The notes beneath the pieces were generated by a model. It saw only the letters and a program-made list of their open reading frames with translations. It was not told the origin of the DNA and did not search any database. Shown one piece after another: positions 1 to 9,396 of a stretch of 38,068 nt of DNA. The position numbers were made by a program, and so were the translations under genes. Position 1 is the stretch's first letter; each line of letters starts with the position of its first letter. This stretch comes from a virus (taxonomy: Duplodnaviria > Caudoviricetes), in IMG/VR virus record IMGVR_UViG_3300033434_000387, positions 1 to 38,068 of that record; one strand, written 5' to 3'.

Positions 1-393
1 GATCCTGCCATTTGGCAAAAACATAAACAAATTCGAAATGGTGAAAGTGTTGCTGAGACCTTCGCGAACGAAGGGGTATATTGGAATCAGGCAGATAATG
101 ATCGATTAGCAGGTAAAATGCAGGTCCATTTACGGTTGCGCGGCAGGGGAAGGAATGGTGCTGGTATTCGTATTTTCTCTAATTGTATTCATGCCATTAG
201 AACACTCCCGGAGCTATGTTATGATGAAAATAAGCCCGAAGATGTTGATACGACTTTAGAGGATCATTTTTATGACGAACTTAGATATGCATTAATGAGT
301 CGACCGTGGGTGCCGATTCTTCCCGAACAGAAAAAGCCGCAGGACCGATATCGTAAGCGAGAAAAGAAATCAAAAGATTGGATGGCTATGTAA
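1..393 (+). CDS. terL: Terminase large subunit, C-terminal nuclease part (5'-truncated by the window)
   Basis: Frame 1 is open from base 1 (DPAIWQK...ADNDRLAGKMQVHLRL...IFSNC...LPELCYDENKPEDVD...EDHFYDELRY), typical of the TerL RNase H-like C-terminus; upstream of portal. Confidence 0.88.
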   Translation, partial: DPAIWQKHKQIRNGESVAETFANEGVYWNQADNDRLAGKMQVHLRLRGRGRNGAGIRIFSNCIHAIRTLPELCYDENKPEDVDTTLEDHFYDELRYALMSRPWVPILPEQKKPQDRYRKREKKSKDWMAM

Positions 394-455
394 CCTATCG
401 CTATAGAGGTGGGCTATTTTAATAACCAATAAAAATAAAAAGGAGTGTATCATTC

Positions 456-716
456 ATGGAAACTTTAAAGGTATCTGCAAAATCAAATGCTAGTTCGGTT
501 GCCGGTGCAATAGCGGCGGTGATGGAAGGTGGAAATGATGTGGAACTTAGCGCAATAGGGGCGGGAGCAGTCAACCAAGCTATTAAGGCAGTAGCCATTG
601 CCCGAGGGTATGTAGCCCCGCATGGCATGAATCTAGGCTGCGTTCCGGCATTTCAGGATGTGGAGATTGAGGGAGAGAAGCGAACCGGGATGAAGATGAC
701 TGTTGTAACGTATTAA
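456..716 (+). CDS. spoVS: Stage V sporulation protein S homolog (Alba-like fold)
   Basis: LKVSAKSN..SVAGAIA...AIGAGAVNQAIKAVAIARGYVAP.G..L.CVPAF.DVEIEGE.RT matches SpoVS throughout; AAGGAG SD. Confidence 0.93.
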   Translation: METLKVSAKSNASSVAGAIAAVMEGGNDVELSAIGAGAVNQAIKAVAIARGYVAPHGMNLGCVPAFQDVEIEGEKRTGMKMTVVTY

Positions 717-761
717 GTGTTTTGTCTAGGAGGGTCATACATTCTATAATGGTTGGCAACA

Positions 762-1373
762 TTATGATTTAGTGGTGCTTGCATCATCATAAGAAACTAA
801 GCCAGCAACTTTGATCGGCCCCATGGTGAGCATCTTGATAAGTTGATCGGCCATGTAGGCAGGGGAATATGCCATATCATTAGTTAGCCACCAACTAAAG
901 GCACCGATATATAACGAGGTTAGGAGTTCAAGAAATAAGTCTGTTGGAATCAATGTCTGTTCGTGAAAACTTTGTCCGAGTTTTCGCTTCAATATATTTG
1001 CCATCTTTTGGCGGATATGAACCATTTCGTTATTTACTAAGATGGTTTTATAAAACAAAGCATCATCGGCGATAGTTTTTAATATTGCTTGAATATTTTG
1101 TGAAAAACTATAAAATTCTAAATTTCTTCCTTGTATGTGTGCTTCTGGAGCTATAAGAACTACTAATTTTTCAAATGTTTCATCGACGGTTTTTTCTAAC
1201 AACTCGTATTTATCCGTGTAATGGAGATAAAATGTTGAACGATTAATTTGAGCCTCTTGAGAGATATCATTTATCGTAATGCTTTCAAAGCTTTTTTCGG
1301 AAATTAGTGTTATGAAAGAATCACGTATGAGTTTTCGCGTTTTTGTTACTCGTAAATCTGAGTTTTTAGACAT
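762..1373 (-). CDS. TetR/AcrR-family transcriptional regulator
   Basis: DLRV.KTR..I...F..L..EK.FESITINDI...A.INRSTFYLHY.DKY.LL HTH; start moved to ATG 1373 (GGATGG upstream); divergent from the hydrolase. Confidence 0.92.
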   Translation of the reverse strand: MSKNSDLRVTKTRKLIRDSFITLISEKSFESITINDISQEAQINRSTFYLHYTDKYELLEKTVDETFEKLVVLIAPEAHIQGRNLEFYSFSQNIQAILKTIADDALFYKTILVNNEMVHIRQKMANILKRKLGQSFHEQTLIPTDLFLELLTSLYIGAFSWWLTNDMAYSPAYMADQLIKMLTMGPIKVAGLVSYDDASTTKS

Positions 1374-1461
1374 AATTAAGCCATCCATCTAATTTAGTAT
1401 AATAAAATCAACAATAATAGTGAATTTGATGTTTAAACTACAATCAAGAGAAAACCAATCA

Positions 1462-1490
1462 TTGTTTAAATTACTTGAAACTATTATAGT
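1462..1490 (+). promoter_or_regulatory. Putative sigma-A promoter of the hydrolase, in the TetR/hydrolase divergent region
   Basis: TTGTTT-N17-TATAGT. Confidence 0.4.
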
Positions 1491-1526
1491 ACAGTATATC
1501 AAATATAAAAAGTGGGAGCTGATATT

Positions 1527-2702
1527 ATGTTGAATGTAAAAAAAACCATAAATGATTTTCCAGTCGGATTTTTTGATGATTTACATCAGGACTTTAGCAT
1601 CAATTTTCAAATGAATCGATTTTACAACTGGACTAATGATTCTGAGATGTTAAATGAGATGCGTGAAGTGTCTCCTTCTATTCATACGTATGAAGAATAT
1701 ATCAGTACATTTCTTAAACTTGCTCAGAAAGCTTTAAATGAAGGAGAAAAATTAAAGGCTGCATATTATCTACGTGGCGCGGATTTCTACATTTCAGAAA
1801 ATGACCCCCATAAGCAATCTGTACGTAAGCAATTTATTACTCTAATAAGAGAATACTATGACCTAAATGAAGAGCAATTCTACAGAATTTCTTATGAAAA
1901 TGGTTTTCTTCATGCTTATCGTTTTTTAGCAGAAAAATCAAAAGGAAACATTGTAATAGTTGGCGGTTTTGATAGTTATGTTGAAGAAATTATTTCAATG
2001 GGGCTTGTGTTTAAAAACGCTGGCTATGATGTCACTTGTTTTGAAGGGCCAGGACAAGGTGCTGTACTGGAAGACTACAAAATTTCATTTACTCATGAGT
2101 GGGAAAAGCCGGTAAAGGCAGTACTAGATTATTTTCATTTAGACGATGTTACACTAATTGGAATGTCTCTCGGTGGATATATTGCAATACGTGCTGCGGC
2201 CTTTGAGAATCGTATTAAACGAGTAATTGCCGATGATATTTGTGCAGATTTTTATCACGTACTTGTAACGATTATAAGTAAATTTGATTCTTCCGTTGGG
2301 GATAAATTAGATACACTTATGGTGAGTGAAAATTCGGAAGAGGTTAATTCATTATTGGATAAGTTAATTAATGAAAGCTTATTGCTAAAGTGGGCAATGA
2401 TGCAGGGAATGCATATAACGGGAGGGAAAACACCATATGAGTTTATGGAAAAAATACGGACTTATAATACAACCGAAATTTCCCCGTTGTTGACCCAAGA
2501 CGTTCTTCTTTTGGCGGCGCAGGAAGATCATTATATACCGCTCTGCCAATTTACTGAACAAACTAAAACTCTTACAAATGTTAGATCACTTACTACTCGC
2601 ATGTTTACAAAAAAAGAGCATGCACAGAATCATTGTCATATAGGTAATTTGGGACTCTCATTTAAAGTTATGATGGATTGGATTCAACAAAGCAATACCT
2701 AA
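1527..2702 (+). CDS. Alpha/beta hydrolase (FrsA/DUF1100-like esterase family)
   Basis: GGFDS, FEGPGQG, nucleophile elbow GMSLGG, Asp in EDH, C-terminal HCH; ATG 1527 follows GGGAG. Confidence 0.88.
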   Translation: MLNVKKTINDFPVGFFDDLHQDFSINFQMNRFYNWTNDSEMLNEMREVSPSIHTYEEYISTFLKLAQKALNEGEKLKAAYYLRGADFYISENDPHKQSVRKQFITLIREYYDLNEEQFYRISYENGFLHAYRFLAEKSKGNIVIVGGFDSYVEEIISMGLVFKNAGYDVTCFEGPGQGAVLEDYKISFTHEWEKPVKAVLDYFHLDDVTLIGMSLGGYIAIRAAAFENRIKRVIADDICADFYHVLVTIISKFDSSVGDKLDTLMVSENSEEVNSLLDKLINESLLLKWAMMQGMHITGGKTPYEFMEKIRTYNTTEISPLLTQDVLLLAAQEDHYIPLCQFTEQTKTLTNVRSLTTRMFTKKEHAQNHCHIGNLGLSFKVMMDWIQQSNT

Positions 2703-2774
2703 TCAATTATAAGATAGTAGAGAAGTGACTAGAAAAGAATCATTTCGATGATGATAAAATCATGTAGCCTTTTT

Positions 2775-2825
2775 AAGGCCCCTTATCAGCGCAGTCAAGT
2801 GCTGATATAGCGGGCTTTTTATTTT
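2775..2825 (+). terminator. Intrinsic terminator after hydrolase moron
   Basis: TATCAGCGC/GTGCTGATA stem extended by GCCC/GGGC, followed by TTTTTATTTT. Confidence 0.6.
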
Positions 2826-2845
2826 GCCACAGAGGAGGTGGTAAT

Positions 2846-5101
2846 TTGGACAATGACTTAGCGAAACGCCGGACAGAGTTTCGGGCGGCGGTAGACAAGG
2901 ACCAGGAATGGCGCGATCAGGCCAGAGAGGATTATCAGTTTTACTATGGCAAGCAGTGGAATGAAAGTACTGAGCACCAACTCCGAGAGGCTGGCAGGCC
3001 GGTTATAACCGATAACCGTATTAAGCCGCTGATTAACCTTTTATCTGGCTATCAGCGACTTAATCGGTATGAAGCAGAATTCCTGCCCCGTACATCAGAA
3101 GATGAAGAACTATGCGCGGTACGCAAGGGCCTGACAAAGTTTATTACTGATCAATGCGACTATGGCACACAAGAAAGCCTAATGTTTATGGACGGCATTA
3201 TCTGTGGTCGGGGTTGGTTGGAAGTGTACTATGACATTGACTATGAGACACTGGAAGGTGAAGCCCAAATACGCCGAGTAAGCCCCTTTGATATATTCGT
3301 TGACCCGGAATGTAGAGAGCCGGATTATTCCGATGCCCGGTATATATGCCGGGCCAAGTGGACGGACAAAGATGAATTGAAGGCCATTTATCCTGAACAT
3401 GCCGATGAAATAGAAGCTATGACGGATGAGTACGATGAGGATGAACGGCATGAATATACAGGGATTGAACCATTATGGTATCAGCGAAATACCCGAAAAA
3501 TCAGGATGGTAGAGCATTGGCGAAAAGAAATATACCAGCGGCAATACTACCTTGTAGCCAACGGCGACTACGTTAAAAAGGAAGATTTAACTACCGAGCA
3601 TATTGTAGCTGGAATTGTTAAACCGGTGACACTTCCGGCTACGAAAGTGATTGTTACGATATTTGCTGATAAGGTGCTGTTAGAAGAAAAAGACTCGCCG
3701 TATGAACATGGCGAGTTCCCTTTTGTCCCCTATTTGGTGTACTACCTTGGCGAAGATGATATATCTGCCGGTGTGATTCGCGATCTTAAAGACCTGCAAC
3801 GGGAAATCAATAAGCGTAGGAGTCAATCTATCAATATTCTAAATACGCAGATGAACTCCGGGATGATATATGAGCAGGGTGCAATAGACAAAACGCAGAA
3901 GGAAAATTTTAAAAAGCTTGGTACTACACCTGGAGTTATGCTTGAAGTTATGCCCGGGGGATTGCAAAGAATAAAAATGATTGATCCGGCACCAGCACCC
4001 GCCGGAGAAATCCAAATGTTGCAGGAAACTGTACAGGCCATGAAAGACGAATCGGGCGTGAATGAATCCATGCTCGGTTCTGATATTCCGTCTGGTACGT
4101 CAGGCAAGGCCATAGAGTTACGGCAGAAAGCGGCGATAACCCACATAGGTGGACTGTTTGATAACCAGCGGCGATCTAAATTACAGGTTATGTTCAGGCT
4201 ATGGGGCCGGAAAAACAAAAAGGGCATAATTCAACAGTATTACACAGAGGAACGCACCTTCCGTATTATCGGTGATAACGGCAAGCAAGACTTTATGACC
4301 ATTAACAAGCAGGTGCCGGATCAGGACTCAGATGGCAATGCAGTTTGGCGCACGCTGAACGATATGTCTACCACGGAGTTTGATATTGTGGTTAGTGACA
4401 CGCCAGCGGCTTCTACTCAGCGTATTGCTCAGTTCTGGGCGCTTACCGATGCTGTCAGCAAACTTGGTATACCTGGCGATATGGTATTTGATATTCTCAT
4501 CGATCTTTGCGACTTACCGCAGAAAGAAGAAATCAAAAAACGGTGGCAGGAACGGCAACAGGCTCAACAACAGGCCGCAGGTCAGGCGCAAGAGAAAGTC
4601 AACGCATCACTCAACTTCAAGGACTTGCCGCCTGATGGTCAACAACAGTTTGCGGCTAAACTTGGTATTCAATTGTCGCCGCAATCGTATGGGGGGATGG
4701 TCGCGCAGGGACAAGGTATTAACTCGCAGACCCAACCCCAAGCGCAACAGCAGGAACCTGGTATATTGCAACAAGTTATCCAGAGTCTACCAACGCAAGT
4801 GCTTCAACAGTTAGCGCAACTTGCCCATACTGATATACAGAAGTTTGCCCAAACCATTGCTTATATTGAAAAGCAACTGCCGCAACAGGTACAGCAGCAG
4901 ATAGCACAGGAGGTGCAAAGAGTACAGCCACAGCAGTTAATTCAGATACTCTACAGTATGATAGTCCAAGCCTTACAGCAAGGATCGTCACCAACTCCAC
5001 CGTCCAATATGGGTCAACAGCAATCTACCCAGAATCAGCCGCAGACAATGACCAAGGCAGCTATGCAACAGGTGGCCGGGGATATGAATCCGAGCATATA
5101 A
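2846..5101 (+). CDS. Portal protein (P22-like) with Gln-rich C-terminal tail
   Basis: W...A.ED..FY.G.QW, GRP.IT.N.IKP.IN...G, FDIFVDP, PY.HGEFPFVPY, G.IRDLKD.QREINKRRS, SGKAI..RQ; TTG start with GGAGGTGG. Confidence 0.92.
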   Translation: MDNDLAKRRTEFRAAVDKDQEWRDQAREDYQFYYGKQWNESTEHQLREAGRPVITDNRIKPLINLLSGYQRLNRYEAEFLPRTSEDEELCAVRKGLTKFITDQCDYGTQESLMFMDGIICGRGWLEVYYDIDYETLEGEAQIRRVSPFDIFVDPECREPDYSDARYICRAKWTDKDELKAIYPEHADEIEAMTDEYDEDERHEYTGIEPLWYQRNTRKIRMVEHWRKEIYQRQYYLVANGDYVKKEDLTTEHIVAGIVKPVTLPATKVIVTIFADKVLLEEKDSPYEHGEFPFVPYLVYYLGEDDISAGVIRDLKDLQREINKRRSQSINILNTQMNSGMIYEQGAIDKTQKENFKKLGTTPGVMLEVMPGGLQRIKMIDPAPAPAGEIQMLQETVQAMKDESGVNESMLGSDIPSGTSGKAIELRQKAAITHIGGLFDNQRRSKLQVMFRLWGRKNKKGIIQQYYTEERTFRIIGDNGKQDFMTINKQVPDQDSDGNAVWRTLNDMSTTEFDIVVSDTPAASTQRIAQFWALTDAVSKLGIPGDMVFDILIDLCDLPQKEEIKKRWQERQQAQQQAAGQAQEKVNASLNFKDLPPDGQQQFAAKLGIQLSPQSYGGMVAQGQGINSQTQPQAQQQEPGILQQVIQSLPTQVLQQLAQLAHTDIQKFAQTIAYIEKQLPQQVQQQIAQEVQRVQPQQLIQILYSMIVQALQQGSSPTPPSNMGQQQSTQNQPQTMTKAAMQQVAGDMNPSI

Positions 5102-5156
5102 GGAGAAGGCAGATGCTTGAATCGGATAAAGAGGATATCTTTGTCCAGGATGATTT

Positions 5157-5183
5157 GAAGGATTTGGCAATTAAGAATAGAAT
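5157..5183 (+). promoter_or_regulatory. Sigma-H-type promoter of secreted moron, overlapping a possible sigma-A extended -10 (TGTTAAAAT, 5185-5193)
   Basis: GAAGGATTT-N11-ATAGAAT fits RnAGGAwWW-N11/12-RnnGAAT. Confidence 0.6.
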
Positions 5184-5216
5184 CTGTTAAAATATAAAAA
5201 ATGCAGGGGGTTATTA

Positions 5217-6290
5217 TTGATGAAGAATAAAGCCTTAGCCATTTTGTTTTTTACCCTGGTTATCGGGCTTTTAAATTTTTCCCATTCTTATGCGGAAGAT
5301 CGATTTTTATTATTGGATTCTTCAGATACTATTGATTCTTATCTAGACTCTGCAACCTTAGCCGTTACAAAAGATGATAGAAATTGTATCTACTATGATG
5401 CATGGATAAAAATTTATAATAAGCAAGAAATTCAAAAATTAAATATTTATACTAACCAGTATGAATATTTAGATTATCAATTGTTTCATATGATAATTGC
5501 TATAAGTCACGATAAGAAAATGATTCAGCTTCAAATTGTTAAAGATTACGGAAAAAGTGGCACAACACTTTTTACAAATAGGATAGTTAAACCAACATAT
5601 GTAGATATTACTAAGGGTTCAATAGCCGAAGAGTTGGCTGATAGAATAACTGAATATGTATCAAAAAATCATATTGAGCCAATTCCCGTTTCTAATGAAG
5701 AATATCTTCCACTTAATGAAAAGGAATTTTATAATTTATTTGAAAGTAAAGGTTATAAAATAAATAAAATAGAGGAGAGCAAAGGGCCTAATGTTGATGG
5801 TGATATTTATGGTTCTAGCACAACTCCTTATAGTTTTTTAGACATAGTTATTGATAAAGAAATTTATCTTGGTGTTTCTGGAGAAGATAAGCAACACTTA
5901 AGGAGGGCATCTGTATCCTTTAATATCAAAGGGCCAAATTATAAGCAATCAGAAATTCTCACTTATAATTTGCCTTCTGAAGAAAAATTAAATTTGTTTT
6001 ATATGACATTGCAAGCATTATTTCCTGACTGGGCACAAGATGAATCTAAAAACTGGGTGGATAGTTCAATTGCAAGAATGAATCAGAGTAATACGCTGAT
6101 GTTTATATATCTACATAAAGGTAAAGAATATATAATGATTTCGCGACAGCCAGTAGAAGATGATGTGTGCATAGCATATGTTCTTAAAGTTTCTCAAATC
6201 CAGCCAAGCGAAGTTAATCCTATACGACCATATTATGAAAGAAATGGTACTATTTCCGTTTATGAGGAATGGAAACCAGCACAAAATTAA
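5217..6290 (+). CDS. Secreted two-domain hypothetical protein (AT-rich moron)
   Basis: Signal peptide MMKNKALAILFFTLVIGLLNFSHSYA; low GC; own promoter and terminator. Confidence 0.75.
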   Translation: MMKNKALAILFFTLVIGLLNFSHSYAEDRFLLLDSSDTIDSYLDSATLAVTKDDRNCIYYDAWIKIYNKQEIQKLNIYTNQYEYLDYQLFHMIIAISHDKKMIQLQIVKDYGKSGTTLFTNRIVKPTYVDITKGSIAEELADRITEYVSKNHIEPIPVSNEEYLPLNEKEFYNLFESKGYKINKIEESKGPNVDGDIYGSSTTPYSFLDIVIDKEIYLGVSGEDKQHLRRASVSFNIKGPNYKQSEILTYNLPSEEKLNLFYMTLQALFPDWAQDESKNWVDSSIARMNQSNTLMFIYLHKGKEYIMISRQPVEDDVCIAYVLKVSQIQPSEVNPIRPYYERNGTISVYEEWKPAQN

Positions 6291-6385
6291 TTAATTATCT
6301 TTTTGATAATTGTGTTACATAATATTATAATTATATGAATTAATGTTCTGCTGAATCATGTATTTAATTATGAATATGGTTAGCG

Positions 6386-6420
6386 TAGCGACATAGCTTG
6401 AGTTCTATGTCGCTATTTTT
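6386..6420 (+). terminator. Intrinsic terminator
   Basis: Perfect 11-bp stem TAGCGACATAG/CTATGTCGCTA plus TTTTT. Confidence 0.8.
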
Positions 6421-6445
6421 ATATTTAATATTGGAGGGATAAACA

Positions 6446-6580
6446 ATGCCTAAGAAACCTAAAGCGTCAATACCTGGTGTTGCAATCATCATCCCAACAA
6501 CTAAAGACGGTATGAAAGCGCCTGATGGTATGAAGGCACCAGCCAAACAAAGAGCAAAGAAAGGATGTCGTGGTAAATAA
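6446..6580 (+). CDS. Small basic hypothetical protein, 44 aa (not in ORF track)
   Basis: GGAGGG SD; MPKKPKASIPGVAIIIPTTKDGMKAPDGMKAPAKQRAKKGCRGK; TAATG coupling to next gene. Confidence 0.6.
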   Translation: MPKKPKASIPGVAIIIPTTKDGMKAPDGMKAPAKQRAKKGCRGK

Positions 6581-6972
6581 TGGCGCGTAGAGGAACAGCA
6601 AAACCACCGGTCAATAAGCAACAGGAAAAAGCCCCGGCAATTATTCCAGATGAACAATATGAAGCAAAAGAAGTTACCTGCGAGAATAACAGTGAGTCTA
6701 TTCAATCTATTGTAGAGCAATATGAACGGCATACATTGCAGGCGTGTCGGAGCTATGCAAAGGCTGTAGACTTGGTGATGGGTAAAATTGCAGTAGGTTC
6801 GCCGGTAAATCAACTGCAAATACAGCAGATTGAAGCCTTAGGGCAGCATTGCACTGAGTTGGCTTATTTGATTCCACAGTTTAAATTCAAGTATCCTAAT
6901 TGGGATGACGATGCTAACCAAAAGGTTGATGAACCAGTAACTGAAAATAAAGACCATGCGACTGGAGAATAA
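6580..6972 (+). CDS. Hypothetical phage protein
   Basis: 130-aa ORF translationally coupled to the 44-aa ORF, in the head gene cluster. Confidence 0.65.
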   Translation: MARRGTAKPPVNKQQEKAPAIIPDEQYEAKEVTCENNSESIQSIVEQYERHTLQACRSYAKAVDLVMGKIAVGSPVNQLQIQQIEALGQHCTELAYLIPQFKFKYPNWDDDANQKVDEPVTENKDHATGE

Positions 6973-7104
6973 TTCAGCCGTATTTTTATGCGCGAATAGC
7001 GGCGTACTGCTATATGGCTTATCTTCGTCCGTGGTTAGGCCATTAATTTTAAGCGGACTAAACTTCGTGCCGCCGACGATACGGGCGTTTGACAGGAGGA
7101 TACT

Positions 7105-8238
7105 ATGTCTAAGAAATTTAACTTACAGCTGTTTGCTGGTGATGACGATATTGAAATTCCAGAAGAATTTGAGGGCATTGACCGCGATATTGCGATTGGG
7201 TTAATGCGTGAAAATGGCTTGGTTGAAGAAAAATCACTAGATAATGAACCGACAGCAAATGAACCACCCAATAATGAGCCGACAGAAGGTGCAAATCAGC
7301 CAACAAATACTACCAATGAAACTGAGCCTAACGGGAATCCGGCACCCGTAAAAGAGCCGGAAACAGGTGAAGACGATAAGGGTAGTAAGCGTGAGTCTGA
7401 TGAACCACATAAAGATGGTGGCCAAAAGACGGTTCCATATGGTGCGCTGGCTGACGAACGTGGTAAGCGTAAAGCTGCACAACGTGAAGCGGAAGCGCTT
7501 AAAGCTGAATTAGAGCAATTACGCCAGCAACAACGGCAGCCAATTGTTCAGCAACCAACACAGACAGCTCCACCGGAAGCAACACCACCAGTAGACGATA
7601 TTATCGAGAAAGCTGCGCTGCAATTGTTTCAGCAGAAGTATGGCCGTGAACCTGATGATTTGGAACGCGGTGATAATATTAAGCTGGCTTCTTGCACCTA
7701 TGAAGTAAATCGTAATATTGAAGCCTATCAAGCAAAACAACAAAAGGCCGCGGAAGAAGCACGCCAGCACGCGCAATCTTATCGGCATTTTGTTCAACAA
7801 CAGTCACAGCAAGACGATTTTGCAGAAGTACAAGCGGCACTTGTTGAGGATTTGAAGGCTATGTCGCAGGAAGAGCGCCAAATCTTTGATAGTGCCTACT
7901 TTAAGTGCGATCAAGGCCAGGGAACATCGCAAGACCTGTTTGTGGTTAAAAATTATTGGAACAATTCTCTTGCAAAATATCGGAAATCTGTGGAACCACC
8001 GGAAAAAGAAACTGAACCTTCAAAAACCGATCCGGCACCGCCACCGAAACCGGCAAAGAAAACGGCGGAAGAAAAATTAAAAGAAATTGAAAAACAACCT
8101 AAAGCGAGTCTTGTTAAAGGCACAAATCAGTCAAGCACCGTTAATGTCGATGAAATTGCGAGGCTGATGAATGAAATGCCTTGGTCAGAATTTGAGAGCA
8201 AGTATCCAGAGTATGCGAAACTTGTTCTTGAAAGCTAA
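7105..8238 (+). CDS. Capsid scaffolding protein with L27/Prp-type N-terminal leader
   Basis: Acidic Pro-rich N-terminus, TVPYGALADER coiled coil, immediately before MCP; starts MSKKFNLQLFA; AGGAGG SD. Confidence 0.8.
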   Translation: MSKKFNLQLFAGDDDIEIPEEFEGIDRDIAIGLMRENGLVEEKSLDNEPTANEPPNNEPTEGANQPTNTTNETEPNGNPAPVKEPETGEDDKGSKRESDEPHKDGGQKTVPYGALADERGKRKAAQREAEALKAELEQLRQQQRQPIVQQPTQTAPPEATPPVDDIIEKAALQLFQQKYGREPDDLERGDNIKLASCTYEVNRNIEAYQAKQQKAAEEARQHAQSYRHFVQQQSQQDDFAEVQAALVEDLKAMSQEERQIFDSAYFKCDQGQGTSQDLFVVKNYWNNSLAKYRKSVEPPEKETEPSKTDPAPPPKPAKKTAEEKLKEIEKQPKASLVKGTNQSSTVNVDEIARLMNEMPWSEFESKYPEYAKLVLES

Positions 8239-8298
8239 CAAACAAGCATTCTCCGCAAGGTTGTTTTTTTGTTTCACCAATACGGAGGATGATGTTTT

Positions 8299-9345
8299 AT
8301 GTCTGAAAATAAATTTAAAGGCTTTGACCTTCAACGGTTTGCAGAGAGCCCTGTCATTCCTGCTTCTCTGAGAGAGCAAGCCTGGGCAAAGCAAACTTGG
8401 ACAATGGCACTAAAGGATACCACCATTTCAAATTATGTAGGTACTGGGACCGATAATATTGTTCAATATGATGATACATTGAAAAAAGATGCTGGAGATC
8501 AGATAACATTTCATCTGCGTGCGCCGCTTACAGGGGATGGAACAACTGGCGATGATGTTCTAGAAGGTAATGAGGAAGCCATGGAATACTATGATTTCCC
8601 GGTTACTATTGATCAACTCCGTCACGCTGTCCGGCTAAAAGGTAAGATGGCAGAAAAGCGAACTTCAATTAAGCTTCGTACTGAGGCAAAGGATGCGTTA
8701 AAAGACTGGAATGCAGAAAAAATTGAAACCATGTATTTTGATACACTTAATACGGATCCGTCTACTAATCGGATTGTTTATCCTGATGGCATTACAGCCA
8801 TTAGTTCAATTGCGGCTACCAACACCATGAGTTGTGCCATGATTTCAAAAGCTAAACGTAAGGCGAAAAAACGGTCAACTTATACCAGCGATGGTGTAAC
8901 CTATATTCTACCCAAAATCCGGCCTATCAAAGCTAATGGCAAATCAGTGTGGATAATGATTTTAACCGAAGAACAAATGCGTGATCTGAGAAATGATTCA
9001 ACATGGATTACCGCCCAAGCGAATGCTAATATCCGGGGTGAAGATAACCCGCTCTTCAGTGGTGCTGAAGGTATATGGGATGGAGTTTTGATCTTCACTA
9101 ATGATAATGTTGAAGTTACGGCAAGCGGAGCATCCAGCATCGATGTTGGACACGCTTTATTCTTAGGCGCACAGGCTGCTTGTTTCGCCGTTGGCGGTGA
9201 CCCGGAATGGAATGAAGAAGAATTCGATTACAAAAACAAAGTCGGGTTTGAATTTGGGCAAATCTTTGGAATTGCCAAATCGGTATATAACGGTGAGGAC
9301 TACGGAGTTATGCATGTGTATACCGCATCCGAAGCTGATGCTTAA
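8299..9345 (+). CDS. Major capsid protein (N4 gp56/DUF4043-like)
   Basis: L.KDAGDQITF.L...L.G.G..GD..LEGNEEAM...V.IDQLRHAV, RG..NPLFSGA.G.WDGV, LFLGAQA, W.EE.FDY.N..G, DYGV. Confidence 0.9.
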   Translation: MSENKFKGFDLQRFAESPVIPASLREQAWAKQTWTMALKDTTISNYVGTGTDNIVQYDDTLKKDAGDQITFHLRAPLTGDGTTGDDVLEGNEEAMEYYDFPVTIDQLRHAVRLKGKMAEKRTSIKLRTEAKDALKDWNAEKIETMYFDTLNTDPSTNRIVYPDGITAISSIAATNTMSCAMISKAKRKAKKRSTYTSDGVTYILPKIRPIKANGKSVWIMILTEEQMRDLRNDSTWITAQANANIRGEDNPLFSGAEGIWDGVLIFTNDNVEVTASGASSIDVGHALFLGAQAACFAVGGDPEWNEEEFDYKNKVGFEFGQIFGIAKSVYNGEDYGVMHVYTASEADA

Positions 9346-9396
9346 TAGGGTGGGAGCGTAGCTCATACCTTTAAATGAGTTAAGGAGGATTTCTCT

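Noticed and set aside
4380-4814. 144-aa alternate-frame ORF inside portal
   Set aside because: R/N/S-rich shadow of CAA/CAG Gln codons, no SD; here the host frame is the protein-like one
5113-5190. 25-aa ORF after portal with AGGAG SD
   Set aside because: Too short to support; overlaps the moron promoter and may be a gene remnant
6364-6819. 151-aa minus-strand ORF
   Set aside because: Antisense to two coupled + genes; no recognisable features
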